DNA of 64,000 nucleotides from Tortispora ganteri (taxonomy: Eukaryota). Positions 45,728 through 54,932 of this stretch are shown one piece after another. A program made the translations under genes and the position numbers. Below the pieces are notes generated by a model, which had not been told where the DNA came from, did not search any database, and worked only from the letters and a program-made list of their open reading frames with translations. The DNA is taken from NCBI GenBank assembly GCA_003707115.1, contig PPNB01000021.1, positions 62,001 to 126,000 on the forward strand, in the 5' to 3' direction. The number at the start of each line of letters is the position of its first letter. Within the stretch, counting starts at the first letter, position 1.

Positions 45728-48550
45728 ATGACCAACTATTCAGCCGCACAACCTAAACGATCATCACTGAAACCACCAAAACCACCAAAACCGCTGCATT
45801 TATCGGCATCACCAATTCCTTCACTTGGACACTCTGACTCGTCTCTGTCCAATGACATAACTGCTGACCTCGACGTTCCAGAACCGCACCCGTGTTCCCC
45901 GCGTCCTTTTTCTTCTACTTGTTCAGTGCTTCAGCCCTCTTCGCTACCCATCCCGTCACTAGCTAGATCTTCTACATCACCAGCTCCACCACCATCACGC
46001 GGTTCGAGATCCGTTGGCTCGCGATCCGTCAGCCCTGCTCCCCCACCGCCACCGCGACCAGGCTCACTGGCCCGAAGTACATCACCTCTCGACACCGTCA
46101 TCCTTGCTGCTGGCGCTCCACCACCGCTACCTTCTAGACCATCCTCGGGAGCTATTGAGTCTAAGAAAGATGCTGCCATACGCAGAGGTCTTGAACTCAA
46201 AAGTGTCGATATCTCGAAATTTGAACCACCACCAAAAATGGCTCTTTCATTTACAAGAAAGTCCACATATCCTCAGGACAAATCACAACTTCAAGTTCAA
46301 AAGCATTCTCAACCAGAATCAAAACCTACAATGCCATTAGCATTCGAACCAGACTCATTTCCAACTCCACCTTCCGGCTGTACAACACTACCACACAACC
46401 CTGATACAGCCCCCAGGACATTCCCTACCGTCAGAAGCACCGGAAAGTCAGTGCCTTACTACAATTCGCGTGTACGCAATGTGTATACCAAAGACGCCCG
46501 TGTCATCGCTTGCAACAACCACAGACTCTACGTTATGGGTAACATGCTTACAGTCACAGATCTTATCTCTGGGCGACACATATACTCATATGGGACTGAA
46601 GAAACGAGGTTTACAGCTATTGGATTTTGCGGTACTGAGACATGGATCGGCACTAAAGAAGGTTCCCTGAAAGTTATAGATCACCACGGAAGTTTAATTG
46701 AAACCAGAAAACGTTGCCATAGTGCTCCTGTGCATGCCATTTATTCTTTAGACAACTCTATGTGGACTCTTGACATAGATGGCAGACTTAAGATATGGTT
46801 TGCAGACAAAGCTAGCGACTCTTTGTTCCCCACATTGCAACATTCTCCCGGTACGTATAAGGTGCTGCCACATTTTTCAGTTGCGCTGCTTGTCAATAAA
46901 GAGCTCTGGGTAGCCAGAAAGAACATTATCAGCGTATACACTCCACTGGCAGATAACTTTCAGAAATGCCAGTTCCATATCCCATCTGACGACAAGATCG
47001 GCGCTGTTACCTGCGCTGCTGTTATAGAAGGCAAGTCATCTGATGTGTATATTGGTCACGCGTCTGGTCATGTCTCAGTGTTTTGTTCGAATACATACAA
47101 ATGCAAGAAGACTGTGTTTGTATCGATCCACAGGATACTGACGATGTGCAGCGTGGGATCGACTATATGGCTTGTTCTGAGTTCAGGTCGCGTTCAGGTA
47201 TACGACCCCGAGGGCGAGATCTGGACTATGTTGCGTGACTGGAAGGAATTCAGCGGCAATACTACTTACTTGTTACAAACCAGGATTGCTTCTGACCACT
47301 CACGCATTGAACACTATGAGCTGCCCGTAGTTCTACTGGGTCCGGACCATCAGGTACGTATCTGGAACGGATTGCTCAAAGACGACACCGTGAACAGATG
47401 TGCTATAAGTAAATATGAGGAATACTGTAAATTTGACAGTATCACGGTATTTGCATGCACGTGGAATGCGGGTGACGCTAAGGCCGCCGGTGTTAGTGGA
47501 TCTTGTCGGCACAAGTTTACTGAAATGCTTCAAACCGCTAAAGGCTGCGATATATTGTTTTTTGGGTTCCAGGAATTAATTGACTTGGGTAACAAGCAAA
47601 TGGCCGCGAAGTCTATGTTCAGATCAAAACGGTCGCGCAAAGTAGATCAGGGAAAGTCAGGACTTGCTATTGAATACAAAGAATGGCTGGAAACGCTCAC
47701 GACGATGGTTGACATGGAGCTTAAGAGTGATCCATACACCATGGTCTACAGCGATGGTATGATGGGGTTGTTTTCTGTGGTCTTTGTCAAGAATCAGAGA
47801 ATGATGAATATTTACTCCATCCAGGCGTCTTTGGTGAAGACAGGACTTGGCGGACTGCACGGTAATAAGGGTGCATTGGTAGTCCGCTTCAGATACGACG
47901 ATACACCTATATGTTTTGTGAATTGTCACTTAGCTGCGGGGCAAACGAGCATTATACAGAGGAATGACGACTTTGTGTCTATTCTCGAGAGTAAGTTAAC
48001 GGCAGTTGATTCAGAAGAGGCTAGGGCTACACAGCTATTTGCGAACAACGGTAATGGGTCATTGATTCTTGATCACGAAGTGTGTTTTGCGCTTGGCGAT
48101 ATGAACTATCGCATAGGGCTTCCACGCGGCGACGTTATGAGACTACTGTCTGCAGACAATTTAGACCGGCTATTAGAATCAGACCAGCTGCGTCAGGAAC
48201 AGAACAGGAATCCAGATATGAAACTACGTCTTTTTAACGAGAAAGAGATTAAATTTATGCCGACATACAAGTACGACGTTGGCACAAACAACTACGACTC
48301 TTCATCAAAGATGAGAGTACCCGCATGGTGTGATCGGATATTCTACAGAGCCGGTAATGAAAGAACCAGTATTGAGGCGTTGGACTATCGCCGGCATGAA
48401 ATAATGCTGTCGGACCACAGACCCGTGACGGGTATCTACAAGGTACGTGTGAAGGACGTCGATGAGGCTAAATTTGCGCAGGTGGTTAGGCGATGTCGCG
48501 ATGAATGGAAGCTGAGATTCACTAAGAGATTTTTGAATACTTCAGATTAA
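45728..48550 (+). CDS. Inositol polyphosphate 5-phosphatase with Pro-rich N-terminus and WD40-like region
   Basis: CTWNAG, FGFQELIDL, GNKGA, CFVNCHLAAG, GDMNYRI, PTYKYD, PAWCDRI, SDHRPV. Confidence 0.92.
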   Translation: MTNYSAAQPKRSSLKPPKPPKPLHLSASPIPSLGHSDSSLSNDITADLDVPEPHPCSPRPFSSTCSVLQPSSLPIPSLARSSTSPAPPPSRGSRSVGSRSVSPAPPPPPRPGSLARSTSPLDTVILAAGAPPPLPSRPSSGAIESKKDAAIRRGLELKSVDISKFEPPPKMALSFTRKSTYPQDKSQLQVQKHSQPESKPTMPLAFEPDSFPTPPSGCTTLPHNPDTAPRTFPTVRSTGKSVPYYNSRVRNVYTKDARVIACNNHRLYVMGNMLTVTDLISGRHIYSYGTEETRFTAIGFCGTETWIGTKEGSLKVIDHHGSLIETRKRCHSAPVHAIYSLDNSMWTLDIDGRLKIWFADKASDSLFPTLQHSPGTYKVLPHFSVALLVNKELWVARKNIISVYTPLADNFQKCQFHIPSDDKIGAVTCAAVIEGKSSDVYIGHASGHVSVFCSNTYKCKKTVFVSIHRILTMCSVGSTIWLVLSSGRVQVYDPEGEIWTMLRDWKEFSGNTTYLLQTRIASDHSRIEHYELPVVLLGPDHQVRIWNGLLKDDTVNRCAISKYEEYCKFDSITVFACTWNAGDAKAAGVSGSCRHKFTEMLQTAKGCDILFFGFQELIDLGNKQMAAKSMFRSKRSRKVDQGKSGLAIEYKEWLETLTTMVDMELKSDPYTMVYSDGMMGLFSVVFVKNQRMMNIYSIQASLVKTGLGGLHGNKGALVVRFRYDDTPICFVNCHLAAGQTSIIQRNDDFVSILESKLTAVDSEEARATQLFANNGNGSLILDHEVCFALGDMNYRIGLPRGDVMRLLSADNLDRLLESDQLRQEQNRNPDMKLRLFNEKEIKFMPTYKYDVGTNNYDSSSKMRVPAWCDRIFYRAGNERTSIEALDYRRHEIMLSDHRPVTGIYKVRVKDVDEAKFAQVVRRCRDEWKLRFTKRFLNTSD

Positions 48551-48625
48551 TACAGATATAAATCAGAGCATAACTATTAATAATAATCACGGCTAATGAT
48601 AACGATAGATGTTTAGAGATGGTCA

Positions 48626-49219
48626 TTACACTGGACGCGCCTTGTCTATGCGCGAGTGGTATTCGTGGAGTGCATTTATGGCCTCCTTCCGCTTAGCGCG
48701 TGCGTCTGCGTCACCTGTTGTGTCTATGCCATCAAGTGCGACCATTTTCTGAAGTACAAGTTCACCAAGTTTCCTGTGCTCAAGGTCCTGGTGTTTCTTG
48801 TCTGCAGGGGGCTCAGCCTCGAACTTCTCTATCAGGGGTACAATTGCGGTCTCTGTATCATGGACTAGCGCGTCAATCTTTTCTGAGCTGGACTGCGGTG
48901 GCGTTTGTTCAACTTTTGGTTTCGATTTAGTGTGACGTTTGTGTGATTTCGGCAAACTGCAGAGGATTCGCGAGTCAGGTCTGATTCCATAGGACAAAAG
49001 GGACGAACTGTCGTTAGTGAGTTTCTTGCCGGCATAGATCAAAGTGAAGTCATCCGTTTTCACAATATCCGCGACGAGTTTGCGTAAATAGCCGACAGTG
49101 ACTTTGCCGCGGGATACTTCGCCGGGTGTGTCAAACTGGATTCGATAGTTGTTTACGAACACAGCTTCTAAGTCCGGGCTGGAATTGTCCGCGGACAGGC
49201 CGAAGAAGCGGCGCATCAT
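48626..49219 (-). CDS. BAG-domain Hsp70 co-chaperone with ubiquitin-like domain (Bag1 type); probable non-AUG N-terminal extension
   Basis: UBL-like LIYAGKKL..D...L.SYGI; BAG-like ELVLQKMVALDGIDT.GD..ARAKRKEAI. First ATG is 49219; frame is open up to 49504. Confidence 0.88.
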   Translation of the reverse strand: MMRRFFGLSADNSSPDLEAVFVNNYRIQFDTPGEVSRGKVTVGYLRKLVADIVKTDDFTLIYAGKKLTNDSSSLLSYGIRPDSRILCSLPKSHKRHTKSKPKVEQTPPQSSSEKIDALVHDTETAIVPLIEKFEAEPPADKKHQDLEHRKLGELVLQKMVALDGIDTTGDADARAKRKEAINALHEYHSRIDKARPV

Positions 49220-49549
49220 GATCACAGATACAAGTGCAGCCACAAGTCCTGCAAACACCGAATAGTTCTGGTGAGGTTGCAGATAGGAAATGTACGGTTG
49301 GCAGGCTTTGATTATGGGCTCAAGCGCCGTGGTAAATAAACTAATGTCGAGAATGGTTATCGTTTGTGAAGAATCAGCGGTGTCGGACAGACTGGGGGGT
49401 GGATAGACGGCGGTAGGGTAACTACACTTCGGAGTTTTGTTTGAATGCAGATATAGCGGTGAAAGAGTGCAAATTTGATAGCGGTAATGGTTTAAGCAGA
49501 TTAATTAGTTTAGTTATGAGGCCAGAATTTTTTTGGTTTAAGTGCGGTT

Positions 49550-49595
49550 TCGTGACGGTGTCGTGACGGTGGCGTGACGGTGTCGTGACGATGTC
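49550..49595. repeat. 11-bp tandem repeat (TCGTGACGGTG) x4
   Basis: tcgtgacggtg tcgtgacggtg gcgtgacggtg tcgtgacgatg tc in the BAG/NPY1 divergent intergenic. Confidence 0.9.
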
Positions 49596-49958
49596 ATTCA
49601 AGTAGGTTCAGTCGCTTCTGGCGGCAACTAATTGACAGTCGTGTTTGTAACATTTCTATTGCAAAACGTCAATGTAATACAATAAAATCAACGAAATAAA
49701 GAGAGTAAACTAAACTTATTGTTCAGCGTATTTCGACTTTTAAACCATTTCAAGACTCATATATACCTCATTAGATTATGTAACTTGGAAAGCGAAATAA
49801 ACTTTTTGCGGGGTCATACATCCTATCTACCGAAAGACAAATAAAAAAGCAGGGCTCGAAACTGTTGACCCTTGCACTTGGAAATAACGTCTTTACTTCT
49901 GAGATACCAGCTAAATTCTTGTCGATTGTCATCTAAATTTATAGATTGCACCAAAAAT

Positions 49959-51134
49959 ATGTCGACACTGCTGACTAGACGGTTCGGCAACCCCGGTGAC
50001 TGCTTCTATGCGGGCAACCCGCTGAACAGGGTCTCCTTCAAACGAGAAGATAATGCATTCCTAAGCATGGCGTTAACACACCAATCAGCACTTTTTTTGC
50101 CATTAAATGATCTGAATCCTGCAGTTAAACAGGATGACCGTTCGACACTGCTAAATTACATCCCTTACGATGTAGTTAAACCACTTATCGGCAACCCATT
50201 TGCTCTATCCGATGAGGAACGCGAGAAACAGTTCGATTCGTCCAAGTATCAACCATTGGTTGTATTTTTGGGCTTGAATACTAGTGAAGAGGGCCTGGAT
50301 GCTGGTGAGTATAAGGGACGACCCTACTTTGCTGTCGACCTGACAGTCAGCACAGAGTTTGCAGCCGAACAAGCGCTCGCGCAGAAAGTTATCGAAGACA
50401 TTGTCGCTGACGGCGCATCATTCCCGGCAGTACGTTTTGGGTTTGCGCTATCTCCAACAGATGCTGCGGTTTACGCACAGGCGCGCATGTTTGTAGACTG
50501 GAATAACCGTAACCCGTACTGCGGCGGCTGTGGCCAGCGCACCTTAACAGCATCCGCCGGCTGTAAGCGCGTGTGCCCAAGTACTGACCAAGCTGGCGAG
50601 CGCAAATCTTGCCCCACACGTGGAACGCTTACCAACTTGTCGTTCCCGCGCACCGACCCGACTGTGATTGCTGCCGTCGTCAACGCGAAAGGCGATAAGA
50701 TCCTCCTAGGCAGAAACAAGCGGTTCCCCAAACAGTTCTACTCGTGTCTTGCAGGGTTCGTTGAGCCTGCCGAATCTATTGAAGAGGCTGTACGCCGCGA
50801 GATCTGGGAAGAAGCAGGCGTTCATTGCGGCCGCGTCGTAGTTTACGTTACGCAGCCTTGGCCTTACCCGGCGAATCTCATGCTCGGCTGCATCGCCGAA
50901 GCCAAGGAAGACGGTCATGATGTTTGTCTCAGCCATGATCCAGAACTACACGACGCCAGATGGTTTGATTTTGACAAGGTATCGGTGGCACTCGATTACT
51001 CTAAGACTTGTGACACAATGGCAACACCTCCGCCAGATGACGAGTTTCTACTCCTTCCGGGTCCAAACGCTGTCGCGCATACTCTTATTGATGCTGTCGT
51101 GAACTCACAAATTCATCTGCCTCCGAGAATGTAA
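49959..51134 (+). CDS. NPY1: NADH pyrophosphatase (NudC Nudix family), likely peroxisomal
   Basis: DWNNRNPYCGGCG, FPRTDP, Nudix box GFVEPAESIEEAVRREIWEEAG, QPWPYP; C-terminal PRM is PTS1-like. Confidence 0.93.
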   Translation: MSTLLTRRFGNPGDCFYAGNPLNRVSFKREDNAFLSMALTHQSALFLPLNDLNPAVKQDDRSTLLNYIPYDVVKPLIGNPFALSDEEREKQFDSSKYQPLVVFLGLNTSEEGLDAGEYKGRPYFAVDLTVSTEFAAEQALAQKVIEDIVADGASFPAVRFGFALSPTDAAVYAQARMFVDWNNRNPYCGGCGQRTLTASAGCKRVCPSTDQAGERKSCPTRGTLTNLSFPRTDPTVIAAVVNAKGDKILLGRNKRFPKQFYSCLAGFVEPAESIEEAVRREIWEEAGVHCGRVVVYVTQPWPYPANLMLGCIAEAKEDGHDVCLSHDPELHDARWFDFDKVSVALDYSKTCDTMATPPPDDEFLLLPGPNAVAHTLIDAVVNSQIHLPPRM

Positions 51135-51458
51135 AGCGACGCGTAAAGTCACTTTATATGACATACTAACAGTACCTTGCTAGCAGCTATTTCGCCATTC
51201 TTGAACTCTATTTATGGCTCAACCTTCCGTTTATGGCCATTTCTCCCAAACAGTTTCTCTGTCATTAGTTGTTGTTAGTACTGCGTTACATCGAGCTGCA
51301 GTTGTGAGCACTAGAGTGCTAATAAGCAATGTCTCGTTATGTCAGAGTATTGAGTCATTTTTAAGTCCTTTAAGAACTTCTTTTCAATCCCTTTAGAGCT
51401 GATCCTATCATTAAACATGGGCATGACCTAATATGGCGTCTAAATCCTTTACATGAAC

Positions 51459-51736
51459 CTTATCCCTTTTAAACTGTACGACTTCCTACTCCCAACTCCC
51501 AAACGACGGCCCACATTTATCATTTACCCAGCTAGTGGCGCGTACCTGTCCTCTTACTACATTTTGACCTACATTTTTGCCACAATCTTTGCTGCATACT
51601 TATCTGTATTCTAATACCATATTAAAATATATTGAAATATCTGACCAGATTTAGTGCTTACTGAACCAACATCTGCTTATCTCTGATCTCACATCGTTGC
51701 TCATCCGTGGAAAGCATCCATGTGATTTGTGATAAG
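51459..51736. promoter_or_regulatory. Four GATAAG (GATA-factor) sites upstream of ATG1
   Basis: CTTATC at 51459, 51599, 51676 and GATAAG at 51731. Confidence 0.5.
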
Positions 51737-51896
51737 CAGCTTCTGACACATATCACTACTTCTGCTACTGTGACTCGTTCGCATTAAGTAACTACAATTA
51801 CTTTTATTGATTGTTTACATATATTGATATCTTTCTATATCAGGGGTTTTTTAGTTTCATCCAGCTCTTCCTATCGCTTCCTCATACTACCCGCTA

Positions 51897-54749
51897 ATGT
51901 CGCACAAGAACACCTCCCCACTGCCGAACACCTCAGAAGCTCTCCGCAATTACAAGATTTTGTCGGAAATTGGTAAAGGCTCTTTTGCCAATGTATATAA
52001 GGCAACAGATATTAGAACAAATTCCGTCGTCGCTATAAAAAGCGCCGCTACAGGGAAACTGCTCGAAAAACTCCTCCAAAGCCTTGAAAGCGAAATCCAA
52101 ATTCTGAAAAATGTAACTCATCCGCACATAGTCTCACTGCTCGACTGCCAGCGATCTACCGGTCATATATATATAGTTACAGAATACTGCTCACTAGGTG
52201 ATCTATCGTTCTTTATAAAGCACAGAAACGATATCGCCAACATATCTGCCGTTGGCTCTGTCTTTGAAAGATATCCTTCTCCGCAAAATAGCGATGGATT
52301 AAATGAGACCCTCGTAAAACATTTTGTCCAGCAGTTGGCTAGTGCCCTCAAGTTCCTTCGCTCAAAGAACCTCATACACAGAGATATAAAACCGCAAAAT
52401 CTACTCTTATCTCCAGCTAAGCATACCAAATCCGAATTCGAGTCAATGGGATTCGCCGGTGTATACTCTCTACCATTATTGCAGCTTGCAGATTTTGGGT
52501 TCGCCAGAGTGTTACCTTCTACATCCATGGCCGAGACATTATGCGGATCACCATTGTATATGGCTCCAGAGATATTGCGCTATGAAAAGTACGATTCGAA
52601 AGTTGATTTATGGTCTACCGGAACTGTCATATATGAGATGGCTGTAGGTAAACCTCCTTTTCGCGCTGCTAATCACATTGATTTGCTTCGTAAAATCGAT
52701 ACTAATCATGACAAAATTAAGTTCAGAAACGCAGATCTATCTCTAGAGCTTGCTTCACTTATAAAGGGACTGCTTAAACGCAAACCCTCTGATAGAATGT
52801 CTTTTAAGGAATTCTTCGAATGCGAAGTAGTCACAACCCCTATTAATGACAGCGTTGATAGCTCAACTTTTTCCATTCTCGACTCGGATACTTTCATAAC
52901 CGAGCAGATTGCTACTTCTCGCATGAAGAAAAGCTCTAATACTACGGCTAACTCGGCTGGTTTAGACACCCAGGATATTGGAAGAAGTCCTTACCCGGAT
53001 TTATCAAGAGAATTGATTAGTGCAAATGGCAAAGCGGTTAATGTCCCAGTGATGCGCACTGGTTTTCAGATTACGACCTCTTTGTCCGATGACGTACGCA
53101 ATGCTACTGCCCCTACTGAACTTGAAACCAGCAACAGTGGAACCAGTGAATCTTCGTTCAGTACCACCCCGCCAAGCCGATTGCGACTCGAACAGCGTCG
53201 TCTAACTATGCCCTTAACTGAAGAAAGACCTAAGCTAGTTCACCTTTCCCGGCCAAGCGCTCTCGAGGCTCTCCAGTCCAAGGCATACGTTGGAAAACAA
53301 AAGTCCCGATTCAGTTCGTCAGTCACACTTAACCGGCCTAATTTTGTATCTGTACGCACCAGTCAAAATACTGGAACTTCAGCTCCACATATGGATCGCA
53401 CAGATTCCGGCGCTAGCTCTAAAAATTGCTCTACGGCATCTACCAGTCTGGTCATTGAAAGGGATTATGTGGTCGTTGAGAAGAGGGCTGTTGAAGTTAA
53501 CGCGCTTGCTGACCAAATTGCTAACACTCCTATATATGATGGAAGAATGTCTCCTGCACCCAGGCAAGCCTCTAGCGACAGACGAAGAGACAGTTCGGAA
53601 AGTAATAGAAGTGTCTCAATATATAAAGGCAGTCCCAATGATCGCAATGGAAATTGGAAGCTTAGTTATGGTGCGATTTCACCATCTGCACTTAGCAAGG
53701 CAATTACTGTTGTAGGGGCTCGGCTTTTTGGCAAACCAGACCCTGTTGTGAGATATAGAATGTCTGGAAATTCTAGCAATCCTAATGCAGGTAATATATC
53801 TTTTAGTGCTTCTCCAGGTAAGACTGCCTCAATCGCTAATGCAGGACGCCCTTATCCGTTACAAGCAGCAGATGATCCTGAGCTAAGCAGCATGAATCCT
53901 AAAGATGCCAAGGTTCTTTTATCAATTGAGGACGCTGTTATCAAGGCTGGAGTAACTTACCAGTTTGCTGAAATTAAACTGATACAATTGCTCCCTATGA
54001 CTCCAGAACAAGTTGAACAAGTTGAGAATGGTCGAAACACGAAGCAGGTTGATACCGGCCTCGGGCCAAATCAATTTCTTGATGTCAACGAAGGAAAATC
54101 GCCTGATGATACACCGCGTCCTCTTATGATGCGAAGTCTAGCAGAGGACGCGCTTGCATTGTATGTGAAGACACTGTCCTTACTAGCGAAGGCTATGGGA
54201 ATTGCGACTGAATGGTGGGAACAAACTGGAAAAAGTGGCGATACTGCTGGTGTATCAACTTCCAATCAGTTTGCAAGCCCAGCTGAAAGAATTGTAGCTA
54301 GAAGGATGAATGTTAACATTCAATGGATTAGAGACCACTTTAATCTAGCTCTGGAGAAGGCCGAAGTTGCGCGAATGAAACTTGCAGAAGCCGAACTGAA
54401 ACTGTCTCCTCGGGATTCTTCTGACACTGTGGCTAATGTATCCGCGGAGTCATTGCTTTATGAAAGAGCCCTAGAAATGTCAAGACTTGCGGCCGTGAAC
54501 GAGCTTGTTGGAAAAGATATTTCTGGTTGCGAGATTGTTTATGCGAATTCAGTGTGGATGCTAGCTGCGATACTGGATTCAGATAACTGGTCTCAATCTG
54601 GAAACGGTGAGGTGTTTTTAATGGATGAAGAAGATCAGGTTATGGTTGAGAAGTTCATTGGGTCTATCAAGAAACGACTTAAATCATTACAACGCAAATT
54701 GTATCAAGTCAATACAGAACAAGGCTTGAATGTATCACCAACACGATAA
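51897..54749 (+). CDS. ATG1: Autophagy Ser/Thr kinase Atg1
   Basis: EIGKGSFANVY, HRDIKPQNLLL, ADFGFAR.LP.TSMAETLCGSPLYMAPEILRYEKY, ERDYVVVEKRAVEVNALAD, C-terminal YERALEMSR.AA.NEL. Confidence 0.96.
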   Translation: MSHKNTSPLPNTSEALRNYKILSEIGKGSFANVYKATDIRTNSVVAIKSAATGKLLEKLLQSLESEIQILKNVTHPHIVSLLDCQRSTGHIYIVTEYCSLGDLSFFIKHRNDIANISAVGSVFERYPSPQNSDGLNETLVKHFVQQLASALKFLRSKNLIHRDIKPQNLLLSPAKHTKSEFESMGFAGVYSLPLLQLADFGFARVLPSTSMAETLCGSPLYMAPEILRYEKYDSKVDLWSTGTVIYEMAVGKPPFRAANHIDLLRKIDTNHDKIKFRNADLSLELASLIKGLLKRKPSDRMSFKEFFECEVVTTPINDSVDSSTFSILDSDTFITEQIATSRMKKSSNTTANSAGLDTQDIGRSPYPDLSRELISANGKAVNVPVMRTGFQITTSLSDDVRNATAPTELETSNSGTSESSFSTTPPSRLRLEQRRLTMPLTEERPKLVHLSRPSALEALQSKAYVGKQKSRFSSSVTLNRPNFVSVRTSQNTGTSAPHMDRTDSGASSKNCSTASTSLVIERDYVVVEKRAVEVNALADQIANTPIYDGRMSPAPRQASSDRRRDSSESNRSVSIYKGSPNDRNGNWKLSYGAISPSALSKAITVVGARLFGKPDPVVRYRMSGNSSNPNAGNISFSASPGKTASIANAGRPYPLQAADDPELSSMNPKDAKVLLSIEDAVIKAGVTYQFAEIKLIQLLPMTPEQVEQVENGRNTKQVDTGLGPNQFLDVNEGKSPDDTPRPLMMRSLAEDALALYVKTLSLLAKAMGIATEWWEQTGKSGDTAGVSTSNQFASPAERIVARRMNVNIQWIRDHFNLALEKAEVARMKLAEAELKLSPRDSSDTVANVSAESLLYERALEMSRLAAVNELVGKDISGCEIVYANSVWMLAAILDSDNWSQSGNGEVFLMDEEDQVMVEKFIGSIKKRLKSLQRKLYQVNTEQGLNVSPTR

Positions 54750-54932
54750 TTTATACTATAACAGCTGGGACGGAAATACAAAGAATAAATGTAACAGGAA
54801 TAAGATAATTATTATGGAATCGAATAATTTGTAGTAAATGAAACCAGACATAGAGTAGCACGTCGTTATTACAGAGAACATAACTTATAGATGTTATTGT
54901 TGCATTGCTGTCATTGGCTTTGAATGCTCAGC

